IMG/VR virus record: IMGVR_UViG_3300030329_003387
Direction: 5' to 3' (one strand)
Length of the DNA stretch: 64,000 nucleotides
Source of the DNA: a virus
This document shows, one piece after another, positions 48,569 to 55,961 of the stretch. Each line of letters begins with the position of its first letter. The first letter of the stretch is position 1. Position numbers and translations under genes: made by a program. The notes beneath the pieces are model-generated. The model saw nothing but the letters and a program-made list of their open reading frames with translations. It did no database searches and had not been told where the DNA came from.

Positions 48569-48596
48569 TTGCAATACATACCGATTATGTTAAAAT
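48569..48596 (+). promoter_or_regulatory. Early sigma70-like promoter with CCGAT spacer motif
   Basis: TTGCAA-16-TAAAAT. Confidence 0.6.
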
Positions 48597-48638
48597 GAAA
48601 AGCATCAAAGGCATTACTAAGTAGTTGGAGAAAACAAA

Positions 48639-48722
48639 ATGTTAACCGAAATCATCTTAAGCTCAATTATTACTCTTCCACTTCTTTTCGTATTATTTGA
48701 AAATAATATCAAAAAAAGTTAA
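48639..48722 (+). CDS. Small membrane peptide (27 aa), paralogue of 51516..51608
   Basis: GGAGAAAACAAA-ATG; MLTEIILSSIITLPLLFVLFENNIKKS. Confidence 0.6.
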   Translation: MLTEIILSSIITLPLLFVLFENNIKKS

Positions 48723-48730
48723 GATTGTAC

Positions 48731-48758
48731 TTGACAATTCCGATCATATATGTATAAT
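48731..48758 (+). promoter_or_regulatory. Early sigma70-like promoter with CCGAT spacer motif
   Basis: TTGACA-16-TATAAT. Confidence 0.75.
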
Positions 48759-48797
48759 AAGAGTATCAAAGTTAATAAGTTTTTGGGAGAAAACAAA

Positions 48798-49016
48798 ATG
48801 ACAAAGTTCAACGAAAACATCAGCGTCGAAGAAACTGAAGCCTACAAAATGGGCGAACTAATGGAAGCATCCCGCGAAGTGCAGGAAGCTGAGGCTTCCC
48901 GCCCGATTCATGAGATCTTCGGGATGACCGTCGATGAGTGGAACAGATCACAAGAGGCTTGGGACGTGCTGCACGATATGCACGGCCTAAGAGGTTTAGA
49001 GGGTAGGGCGTGGTAG
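48798..49016 (+). CDS. Hypothetical early protein
   Basis: GGGAGAAAACAAA-ATG; C-terminal module shared with 50207..50539. Confidence 0.7.
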   Translation: MTKFNENISVEETEAYKMGELMEASREVQEAEASRPIHEIFGMTVDEWNRSQEAWDVLHDMHGLRGLEGRAW

Positions 49017-49100
49017 ATAGGTGGCCAGTAGGCCATTCTTGAGTGAAGCCTAACACTATAACAATGGCGCCTTACCTGCTTTTTAATTGGAGAAAATAAA

Positions 49101-49250
49101 ATGAGCTATTTATCTAACAACTTCGACGCGTTTCAAGAGGGCATCATCAACGGCGGTTATGATCCGCAAGAGCAGGACAATCACCCTGTGCGATCAGCGG
49201 GTGATTGGTTTGACTTTGTTGATGAATATACAGAATACGAAGAGGAATAA
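49101..49250 (+). CDS. Small acidic hypothetical protein (49 aa)
   Basis: GGAGAAAATAAA-ATG. Confidence 0.55.
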   Translation: MSYLSNNFDAFQEGIINGGYDPQEQDNHPVRSAGDWFDFVDEYTEYEEE

Positions 49251-49251
49251 A

Positions 49252-49374
49252 ATGACACTAACGCAATTCATCAGCTATATACAATACAGCACAGCGCGCC
49301 CTGATAGGGTGAGCGCCATGCGTTGGAATGGCATGATTAAGTACGCCAAAATAAATGGGATTATTTCTAAATAA
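49252..49374 (+). CDS. Small hypothetical protein (40 aa)
   Basis: GAGG RBS; follows the previous stop. Confidence 0.45.
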   Translation: MTLTQFISYIQYSTARPDRVSAMRWNGMIKYAKINGIISK

Positions 49375-49401
49375 TTCTAGATTTTCTATTGACACAGGTG
49401 A

Positions 49402-49455
49402 GGTAAGACAAGCAACCTAGTGCGCCTTCACTGTATCAGGCGTACTAGGTTGCTT
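49402..49455 (+). repeat. GGTAARAC stem-loop element copy 1
   Basis: GGTAAGAC + AAGCAACCTAGTGCGCCT / TCACTGTATC / AGGCGTACTAGGTTGCTT. Confidence 0.85.
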
Positions 49456-49567
49456 AAGGCGCTTAATGAGACTAGTCTCAATAAGGGAATGTCAAGTAAA
49501 ATCTTATGAAAAATCCAAAAAATATACGATTATTTTTTTTGACCTTTTTTAGAAAAAATGTTGGTTG

Positions 49568-49601
49568 AGTGACCTAACGTGTCACGACCATATGCGATAA
49601 T
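49568..49601 (+). promoter_or_regulatory. Palindromic operator-promoter copy a
   Basis: AGTGACCTAACGTGTCAC-N10-GATAAT. Confidence 0.75.
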
Positions 49602-49644
49602 ACTTACATAAGAGATTAAGAAAACGTTTTTCGGAGAAAACAAA

Positions 49645-49860
49645 ATGTCAACTCGTTACCTAGTAGCCAAAGAAGACAATCAGCGAATTATCGCCAACAT
49701 CATTGCAAAGCTCGATGAGCTTTACAAGACCAACCGCACGCTGATTGACCAAGATAGTCAACCGGCTTGGCAAGCCATCGAAGAAAACTGGCAATATATG
49801 CGAGAATTGGAAGCTCGATTAAAAGACAGGAAAAACCCTAAAATTTACAAAGAAATATGA
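49645..49860 (+). CDS. Hypothetical early protein
   Basis: Conserved RBS leader. Confidence 0.7.
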   Translation: MSTRYLVAKEDNQRIIANIIAKLDELYKTNRTLIDQDSQPAWQAIEENWQYMRELEARLKDRKNPKIYKEI

Positions 49861-49864
49861 GCCG

Positions 49865-49898
49865 AGTGACCTAACGTGTCACACCCATAGGCGATACT
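49865..49898 (+). promoter_or_regulatory. Palindromic operator-promoter copy b
   Basis: AGTGACCTAACGTGTCAC-N10-GATACT. Confidence 0.75.
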
Positions 49899-49937
49899 AT
49901 TAGTATAAAAGTTAACCAAGTCATAAGGAGAAAACAT

Positions 49938-50168
49938 ATGACAAATACTGAAACTAAAACCGTTAAAGGCGTTGCTAGCGTTTGGCTCGCCGATTCACTG
50001 GAAACTGTGGAGTATGTCGCCACAGTTGAAACCGACATCGAAGTCGGTGCTGGTGGTGGTCGTTATGTAAACGACACCCGTGTCACATTTGACGAAATCA
50101 CCCTTGACGGTGAAGACGTTGTGAGTTGGGAAGTTGAAGACCAATTACGTAGCGAAGTCGCTGCGTAG
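49938..50168 (+). CDS. Hypothetical acidic early protein
   Basis: AAGGAG RBS. Confidence 0.7.
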   Translation: MTNTETKTVKGVASVWLADSLETVEYVATVETDIEVGAGGGRYVNDTRVTFDEITLDGEDVVSWEVEDQLRSEVAA

Positions 50169-50206
50169 TTGGATACCCCGCTTAATAAATTTTTTGGAGA
50201 AAACAA

Positions 50207-50539
50207 ATGAAACTAGAAACATTCAAGCAGGCCATCGAAGGCCAAAAAACGATTCGCTTAACTCACAAGATGGCACGCGGTGACGGCTATGTCACTGTCA
50301 ACCGCAAGGTTGAAGTGTCTGATTTATCCGTAGGTGAAAGCGGACTAATCGAATACACTTGCTACTTGGCCGGGGTTTGTCGGCACGTTCTGACAAGAGT
50401 GTCAGAGGTTGTCGAAGTCGAACCAGTGGCTAAGCCATTCAACATTCACGAACAATTTGGAATGACTGTTGAAGAATGGAACGCTTCGCAATCGGCTTGG
50501 GATGTGTTGCACGACATGCACGGATTAAGGGGATTCTAA
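50207..50539 (+). CDS. Hypothetical early protein
   Basis: Conserved RBS leader; shared C-terminal module. Confidence 0.7.
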   Translation: MKLETFKQAIEGQKTIRLTHKMARGDGYVTVNRKVEVSDLSVGESGLIEYTCYLAGVCRHVLTRVSEVVEVEPVAKPFNIHEQFGMTVEEWNASQSAWDVLHDMHGLRGF

Positions 50540-50540
50540 A

Positions 50541-50807
50541 ATGATGAAGTACAAAGTTCAAGGTAACGTATTGCCAACGCATATCATGCCGGAAGGTGAG
50601 CATCCCGTAAAGGCTACAGTTATTAGTCAATGGGTAGATGCTGATAACCCACTAGATGCAGCGGCTGAGTTCCTAATGAATAATGGCAAGGTAAACGCTA
50701 GCCCTATCCTAGTGGTAGATACTGATTACAATATCGGCAACTACCCTCTTGACTATGTGAAGATTGCTATAGATTACAGGGTAGGACTTAGAGAATACGA
50801 AAAATAA
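50541..50807 (+). CDS. Hypothetical early protein
   Basis: Coupled to upstream gene. Confidence 0.65.
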   Translation: MMKYKVQGNVLPTHIMPEGEHPVKATVISQWVDADNPLDAAAEFLMNNGKVNASPILVVDTDYNIGNYPLDYVKIAIDYRVGLREYEK

Positions 50808-50857
50808 AATCTGGATTTATTTCTAAAAAATTCTAGATTTGCTATTGACAAGGAAGA

Positions 50858-50911
50858 GGTAAGACGAGGCGCTTGCTTCGCCTTCACCCGTCGCAGGTGA
50901 AGCAAGCGGCT
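50858..50911 (+). repeat. GGTAARAC stem-loop element copy 2
   Basis: GGTAAGACGAGG-CGCTTGCTTCGCCT / TCACCCGTCGC / AGGTGAAGCAAGCG-GCT. Confidence 0.9.
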
Positions 50912-50969
50912 GAGAGGCAAGCAGGCCGAGAGAAAAAAAACGACATTTTTTAGGGAAAATTTGAGAATT

Positions 50970-51182
50970 ATGAATTACCAACCTTATGAAGCAAGAATGG
51001 CTAAGGACACCCCAACCGGCATGCGTTACCTAGTGCGATGCAATCATACAAACAAGTGGGCAATTTGTAGCTGGGTAGGCTCAACCGGCGCAGCAATCGG
51101 CAATCCCGAGTGTCAGGGAAAATACGAATATGTCATGAAAAAATGGCATAAACTTGTAGGAAAGTACGTGTCAGTGACCTAA
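50970..51182 (+). CDS. Hypothetical early protein
   Basis: ORF in track; ATG 50970 taken as start. Confidence 0.55.
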   Translation: MNYQPYEARMAKDTPTGMRYLVRCNHTNKWAICSWVGSTGAAIGNPECQGKYEYVMKKWHKLVGKYVSVT

Positions 51183-51206
51183 CGTGTCACGACCCTAGAC
51201 GATAAT
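51173..51206 (+). promoter_or_regulatory. Palindromic operator-promoter copy c
   Basis: AGTGACCTAACGTGTCAC-N10-GATAAT. Confidence 0.75.
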
Positions 51207-51240
51207 AATCACATAACAAGTAAACGTTTTGGAGAAAACA

Positions 51241-51516
51241 ATGAAGTATTTAGGAATTATCAACGGCTGGAAAGAGACACCAGCAGAATACACAAAGCAC
51301 TTGGCCGAGTGTGGTACTGAGTACGAAACAACCATATGCTATATGGAATATGGTACGAAGATAGACGCCGATGGCAATAGGTACGGAAGTACACCACGCC
51401 AACGCCAAGAGACGCGAAAGCGTTACGACTTAACGGTTAAGAAGTCAGGCACCTACAGCGTTAAGACTGAGGAAACTTGCAACGAGTGCGGTTGTAGTTG
51501 GGAGAGTTGGACATAA
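51241..51516 (+). CDS. Hypothetical early protein (C-terminal CxxC)
   Basis: GGAGAAAACA-ATG. Confidence 0.65.
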   Translation: MKYLGIINGWKETPAEYTKHLAECGTEYETTICYMEYGTKIDADGNRYGSTPRQRQETRKRYDLTVKKSGTYSVKTEETCNECGCSWESWT

Positions 51517-51608
51517 TGATAACTGAAATTATATTGTGCGCTATTGTTACAACTCCGGTGCTGTTTGTGTTGTGGGAAAATAATATTAAGGGGAAAGTAA
51601 ATGTTTAA
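51516..51608 (+). CDS. Small membrane peptide (30 aa), paralogue of 48639..48722
   Basis: MITEIILCAIVTTPVLFVLWENNIKGKVNV. Confidence 0.6.
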   Translation: MITEIILCAIVTTPVLFVLWENNIKGKVNV

Positions 51609-51840
51609 GTTAGAGTTTAAGCCGTTAAATGGTTACATTGTTGGCAAACAGGCAACAGGCAAATCTCAATATGGTTTTGAGTATAGTGTTGTGAAGTCCT
51701 CATTTAGTTATGGTGGTGAGCGTGGTTTGTACGAGTTCGCCGGATATGACGAAGCGGGCGAAATGGTACACGAAAAAGTACACGGCTGGCTGACACTGCA
51801 AGAAGCTACCGACATGGCCGAGAATTGGAAAGGTAAATAA
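51601..51840 (+). CDS. Hypothetical phage protein
   Basis: SVV...SYGG..GLYE...V.GWLT pattern seen in small phage proteins. Confidence 0.65.
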   Translation: MFKLEFKPLNGYIVGKQATGKSQYGFEYSVVKSSFSYGGERGLYEFAGYDEAGEMVHEKVHGWLTLQEATDMAENWKGK

Positions 51841-52017
51841 AATGGTGAAACGAAATTATCACAGATTGAATTATGACCCTTGGGCGTGGAAACCAGTCGC
51901 GCCGGAAACTGCTGAAGAGAAGGCAGACCGTAAACGCCGCGAAGCTATCGCAGCAGAGAAACGAGCAAAGAGGAAAAAATATTGAAAAAATCCTAAAATA
52001 CCTATTGACATAGGTCG

Positions 52018-52071
52018 GGTAGGACGAGGCGCTTAGTTGTCGTTCGCCCGTATCACGACAACTAAGCGGCT
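52018..52071 (+). repeat. GGTAARAC stem-loop element copy 3
   Basis: GGTAGGACGAGG-CGCTTAGTTGTCGT / TCGCCCGTATC / ACGACAACTAAGCG-GCT. Confidence 0.9.
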
Positions 52072-52085
52072 TAAGGAGGACACTC

Positions 52086-52370
52086 ATGACAGATTCACTT
52101 TTCAACGCCGAACTACGCGATTGCGCGCGCATCAACGAAATCGCCCAACAGCGCGTCACACCCGCGCAGGGCGTGCAGTGCGAGTACTGCGGGGAAACCT
52201 CCGCGTGTACGCAGGAGTGCGCCGCTTGTGGCGAACCTCTCGTCGATAACCCGCAAATCCACATGGGCGTGTGTTACGCCGATGCGTGCGGCTGTGGCAA
52301 AGCCGAATACGAAGGCCGACAGGCTCCGTTCGCGTTCATGGCGCACGACGACCCCGATTATTGGGGTTAA
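52086..52370 (+). CDS. Cys-rich (zinc-ribbon-like) hypothetical protein, GC-rich
   Basis: AAGGAGG RBS; CEYC, CAAC and CGC motifs. Confidence 0.7.
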   Translation: MTDSLFNAELRDCARINEIAQQRVTPAQGVQCEYCGETSACTQECAACGEPLVDNPQIHMGVCYADACGCGKAEYEGRQAPFAFMAHDDPDYWG

Positions 52371-52401
52371 GCTCTAAATTCCAGCCCATTAGAGGCCATC
52401 A

Positions 52402-52455
52402 GGTAGGACGAGGCGCTTGCTTCGCCTTCACCCGTCGCAGGTGAAGCAAGCGGCT
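52402..52455 (+). repeat. GGTAARAC stem-loop element copy 4 (near-identical to copy 2)
   Basis: GGTAGGACGAGGCGCTTGCTTCGCCTTCACCCGTCGCAGGTGAAGCAAGCGGCT. Confidence 0.9.
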
Positions 52456-52534
52456 GAGGGAGAACAAGGGAGGATAAGCTCCACGAACGCTGTGGTCGCT
52501 CCAGTTCCCCTAATTTAACATCGGAGAAAACAAG

Positions 52535-52723
52535 ATGAGCTACAAAGTAGAATTAAACCTTAGAGAACTTATTTGTGTTGAGCAAGCTATTGAGGATCGC
52601 ATCGAGCGATGCGAAACACGCATTGCAAAGTGCAATGAGTTAGGCATGGCGTCCGCCTCCGCTGAATGGCAAGAGCGGATAAACGCCGCCAAAGCCGTGT
52701 TAAAAATTGTCAAGAATTCTTGA
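52535..52723 (+). CDS. Hypothetical early protein
   Basis: GGAGAAAACAAG-ATG. Confidence 0.65.
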   Translation: MSYKVELNLRELICVEQAIEDRIERCETRIAKCNELGMASASAEWQERINAAKAVLKIVKNS

Positions 52724-52746
52724 TTTTGGCGAAAAAAATAAGACCG

Positions 52747-52780
52747 AGTGACCTAACGTGTCACACCGATAGCTGATAAT
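52747..52780 (+). promoter_or_regulatory. Palindromic operator-promoter copy d
   Basis: AGTGACCTAACGTGTCAC-N10-GATAAT. Confidence 0.75.
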
Positions 52781-52845
52781 AGTAATATCAAAAGGCAATA
52801 TTCAACTGGGGTAACCGACAGCACCCTAATACGAAAGGTAACAAA

Positions 52846-52965
52846 ATGGACAATGTTTTAGAGATGGAGTGGATGGAGTGGCTTGCTATAGTTGAGGCTT
52901 TTGACTCACAAACCAAGCAGGTTTTTAATGAGTGCGACGAATTAGAAGAAGAATTGGAGAAGTAA
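52846..52965 (+). CDS. Small acidic peptide (39 aa)
   Basis: GAAAGGT RBS; stop overlaps next ATG. Confidence 0.45.
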   Translation: MDNVLEMEWMEWLAIVEAFDSQTKQVFNECDELEEELEK

Positions 52966-53258
52966 TGGAAATTTTATTTTCACATATCACTGACGAATTA
53001 AAAGCCGGTTGGATCGAAACCGATAGATATGCAAATGGTAATCTTAGAGTTCAGCTAAACACGGCAGAAGAACCATACGCGACACTATCAACCAACATTG
53101 CCGGAATTTGGTTAGAGAAGGATTGTTTTATCGCCAAGACCTATAGCGAGAACGAAGGACTAAACGAGCAGTTTATTGAGAGCGGTTTGTTTGAGGATAC
53201 CGGCGAAAAGGTTGCAGCGGGTTTTGTAACATGTCCAATATTGAGGTTCAAAGGGTAA
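52965..53258 (+). CDS. DUF4313-like protein
   Basis: Y.NGNL.VQL...EPYATLSTN...FIESGL..DTG....GFVTCP pattern. Confidence 0.55.
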   Translation: MEILFSHITDELKAGWIETDRYANGNLRVQLNTAEEPYATLSTNIAGIWLEKDCFIAKTYSENEGLNEQFIESGLFEDTGEKVAAGFVTCPILRFKG

Positions 53259-53260
53259 CA

Positions 53261-53539
53261 ATGAGTAATAAGCAATTAACTAGAAAAGTTAAAGACCACC
53301 GAGGAAATGAACACGAAGTTTATAAGTGGTACTGGATGAAGGGCTGGGAATTTTACCAGACAGAGCCGAGTGACGAGTTCGGCGTTACATTTGGATATAT
53401 GACAAACTGCCCTTGCCCTGAGTGGGGAAGTCAGCACGAAGCCGAGTTAGATGATATTTCCTCTGTGACTGCTGAGAGATTTGATTTATGGGAATTAGCT
53501 CCGCCGCAAGGTTGGGAGTGGTTAGAAAAGGAGAATTGA
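53261..53539 (+). CDS. DUF2958-like hypothetical protein
   Basis: WEFYQTE...FGYM...PEWG....EL pattern. Confidence 0.45.
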   Translation: MSNKQLTRKVKDHRGNEHEVYKWYWMKGWEFYQTEPSDEFGVTFGYMTNCPCPEWGSQHEAELDDISSVTAERFDLWELAPPQGWEWLEKEN

Positions 53540-53540
53540 G

Positions 53541-53696
53541 ATGCAAGAATATTTTGAATACCTAGCTGAGTTACAAGCTAGCGGAACCATGAATATGATG
53601 TGGGCGCCGACTATGTTACAAGCTGATTTTGACCTAGAGAAAAAGGAGGCTCGTGAAATATTCAGTAAGTGGTGCGACTCATTGAAAAACGAGTAG
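53541..53696 (+). CDS. Small conserved phage protein (51 aa)
   Basis: YFEYL.ELQASGTMNM..AP..L...F.....EAREIF..W; AAGGAG RBS. Confidence 0.6.
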   Translation: MQEYFEYLAELQASGTMNMMWAPTMLQADFDLEKKEAREIFSKWCDSLKNE

Positions 53697-53711
53697 TGCC
53701 AAGCTCGTGAT

Positions 53712-53765
53712 ACCCCTGTCGCCGCTCTGTAACTGTTCCTTTTCCTTGGCGGCAGGGGTTTATTT
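53712..53765 (+). terminator. Large-loop hairpin/terminator H1
   Basis: ACCCCTGTCGCC / 24-nt loop / GGCGGCAGGGGT + TTATTT. Confidence 0.55.
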
Positions 53766-53767
53766 CA

Positions 53768-53821
53768 GGTAAGACGAGGCGCGTTGTTGGCGTTCACTGT
53801 ATCACGGCAACAACGCGGCTC
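53768..53821 (+). repeat. GGTAARAC stem-loop element copy 5
   Basis: GGTAAGACGAGG-CGCGTTGTTGGCGT / TCACTGTATC / ACGGCAACAACGCG-GCTC. Confidence 0.9.
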
Positions 53822-53834
53822 AAGGAGAAAGCAA

Positions 53835-54005
53835 GTGAGTAAGCGAAAGAAGACAAGCTGGAAAGTAGTCATCAAGCAGGATGACCTCAAGGTATCAATC
53901 GGCCATACGGCACACACAACCGGCACTGGTATACATGATAGCCGACCACGCCGACAGCGTACACGGTCAGCACAAAAAAATCGAGCAATTAGGGAATTTT
54001 TCTAA
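53835..54005 (+). CDS. Small basic His/Arg-rich protein
   Basis: AAGGAG RBS + GTG; GH..H..G.GIHD.R.RR.RTR. Confidence 0.6.
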   Translation: MSKRKKTSWKVVIKQDDLKVSIGHTAHTTGTGIHDSRPRRQRTRSAQKNRAIREFF

Positions 54006-54013
54006 ATAATTCC

Positions 54014-54042
54014 TTGTCAGTGTCCGATATATAAACTATAAT
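54014..54042 (+). promoter_or_regulatory. Early promoter with CCGAT spacer motif
   Basis: TTGTCA-17-TATAAT. Confidence 0.7.
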
Positions 54043-54068
54043 CAGGTATCTTAGTTAGGGAGAATACA

Positions 54069-54263
54069 ATGGATACAATACACTACAGAAACGGCGAGCG
54101 TATGGTGAGATGTAAGTTCACTAAGGATATTTCTTTGCCGATGTCAAACAGGGACAAGAAAGTCCTAGACCCAGATAGAGATAAGCGTATAGCTTTATAC
54201 TCTGCCAGACAGGACGCAGGCTTAGATATATTCACTGGTTGGTTTAAGGAGGAAGCAGCGTGA
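54069..54263 (+). CDS. Hypothetical early protein
   Basis: GGGAG RBS. Confidence 0.65.
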   Translation: MDTIHYRNGERMVRCKFTKDISLPMSNRDKKVLDPDRDKRIALYSARQDAGLDIFTGWFKEEAA

Positions 54264-54415
54264 TAGATAAGTTTATAGATTTCCGTAAGGAATATGGCAT
54301 TGTTGGATTTATGTTCATGGGTGGTTTATTTACATTTTGTGGTTGGTGGTATATCAAGGAACTAATAGAAGTATTGACGAAATAACTGTGTTGCCCAACG
54401 TAGGGTAACAAACGG

Positions 54416-54464
54416 GAACCGCCTACGTCGTGCTAACTCTCTCCACGACGTAGGCAGTTCTTTT
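54416..54464 (+). terminator. Hairpin/terminator H2
   Basis: GAACCGCCTACGTCGTG / CTAACTCTCTC / CACGACGTAGGCAGTTC + TTTT. Confidence 0.6.
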
Positions 54465-54656
54465 CTAAAAAAGGAGGAAGATTATGATTATGAAAGTTAT
54501 AAGTAAAGACCATACAGACGAACAGCTAAAAGAAGATATGGCTGATTTGCTTGTACTGCACAAACATGCAATGGAAACTGAAATGATGTGGCAATTCTTT
54601 GGTGGAGTTATCACATTAGACAATGGCAATAAGTATCAAGTAGCGGAGTTTGAATA

Positions 54657-54830
54657 ATGAAAGTAGAAACACACGAACAATTACGGGCTTCGATGCTTTG
54701 CATCATAGCATTTACATTAGGATGTATAGTCGTATTTTGCAGTGGGTGTAAAGCCGGACTGCAAACTAAGGTAGGTATGTTTGGCGAAGAATATAGTTCT
54801 GGAATTGGCGTATATACAGATAAAGAATAG
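54657..54830 (+). CDS. Small putative lipoprotein
   Basis: Hydrophobic N-terminal segment ending FCSGC (lipobox-like). Confidence 0.4.
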   Translation: MKVETHEQLRASMLCIIAFTLGCIVVFCSGCKAGLQTKVGMFGEEYSSGIGVYTDKE

Positions 54831-54841
54831 ACTTCCTCCGT

Positions 54842-54892
54842 CCCTGTCGGTAGCACTACAACATCACGTTGCCCGCCTCGCTACCGGCAGGG
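54842..54892 (+). other. Large-loop hairpin H3
   Basis: CCCTGTCGGTAGC / 25-nt loop / GCTACCGGCAGGG. Confidence 0.55.
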
Positions 54893-54902
54893 GCTTCCTT
54901 TA

Positions 54903-54957
54903 GGTAAAACGAGGTGCTTACAACGCCTTCGCCCGTCTCAGGCGTTGTAAGCAGCTC
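54903..54957 (+). repeat. GGTAARAC stem-loop element copy 6
   Basis: GGTAAAACGAGG-TGCTTACAACGCCT / TCGCCCGTCTC / AGGCGTTGTAAGCA-GCTC. Confidence 0.9.
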
Positions 54958-55079
54958 AAGCAGAAAGCGAGTGAGAACGAGACCGATGGGCGACTAGAGC
55001 GGTGGGGCAGAAGCCCAGTATTCAGCAGGTGAAATCCGCACCCATATAGAATTTTTTCAAAATAATTGAAGTCAGGGGC

Positions 55080-55107
55080 TTGTAAAGTCCGATATATATA
55101 GTAGACT
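55080..55107 (+). promoter_or_regulatory. Early promoter with CCGAT spacer motif
   Basis: TTGTAA-16-TAGACT. Confidence 0.55.
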
Positions 55108-55146
55108 GGTAGTGTAGTTAGTTAGTTAGTTTTTTAGGAGAAAGCA

Positions 55147-55446
55147 ATGGAAATTTGCAAATCAACCAAAACCGTTTTGAAGTTCACCAACGAGTCAAGC
55201 GTTAGCACCTACAGCCGTACTTGGTCGAACGTAATCGAAGTAGATTTTTCTGAGGGTTTGAGCGGTGTCGAGAATCGGTATGAACTTGAGATGCCGATTG
55301 AAAAGGCTGAGTGGTTACTTGAGTCACTGACCGAGACAATCAACAGCTTCAAGGAAACCAAAGCCGCAGAGCGTGCCAAAAAAGAAGCCGCAGAGAAACA
55401 GGCGGCGGATTCGCTTGACGGTGAAACTGAAAATTCTTCAGATTAG
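55147..55446 (+). CDS. Hypothetical early protein
   Basis: AGGAG RBS. Confidence 0.7.
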   Translation: MEICKSTKTVLKFTNESSVSTYSRTWSNVIEVDFSEGLSGVENRYELEMPIEKAEWLLESLTETINSFKETKAAERAKKEAAEKQAADSLDGETENSSD

Positions 55447-55499
55447 GTTGTTGACAGTGTTGTATAGTGTGGTAAATTGTAAGTAAAGGAGAAAACATT

Positions 55500-55853
55500 A
55501 TGTTGAAAACAGGACAAAAAGTTAGGTTTCATTACCTAAAACAGTTCAAGGATGAACTAAAAAGTGGTCAAGTCCTAACGGATTACGCCACTACGTCAGA
55601 GTCCTACTCTGGCAAAGTCGTAGATGTTCGTAACATCGTTGACCATCCCGTCTCTAACGAGACTATCCGCAGGGATAACATCAAAGGCCGTAGGTCTGAG
55701 ATGTTGTACACTGTCGAGTTGGATGGTGATGATGGTGTGAAAGCCTTCTACGACGGTCGAATGGTTGGCACGGAAGTGCTACCTGAGACTAAACGAGGTG
55801 TCTGGAAATTGATGGCTTCGGCTTTCAAAAGACGGAAACCTCAACCGGCGTAA
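55500..55853 (+). CDS. Hypothetical early protein
   Basis: AAGGAG RBS; TTGACA-16-TAAATT promoter at 55451-55478. Confidence 0.7.
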   Translation: MLKTGQKVRFHYLKQFKDELKSGQVLTDYATTSESYSGKVVDVRNIVDHPVSNETIRRDNIKGRRSEMLYTVELDGDDGVKAFYDGRMVGTEVLPETKRGVWKLMASAFKRRKPQPA

Positions 55854-55961
55854 GCCGGACTTGGTGTCCAGTATAAGCCTTCGTCGCACCTTCGGGTGAC
55901 AGGATTGGTAGGACAATTTAGGATTTATGCGGAGTGGCTACCGCACACCAAATTTTATATC

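Noticed and set aside
49568-52764. CRP/FNR binding sites
   Set aside because: Half-site spacing (GTGA-N9-TCAC) does not match TGTGA-N6-TCACA.
53784-53834. N-terminal extensions of track ORFs running through stem-loop elements (also 56423-56539)
   Set aside because: Better starts with strong RBSs lie downstream (53835, 56540), so the elements are non-coding.
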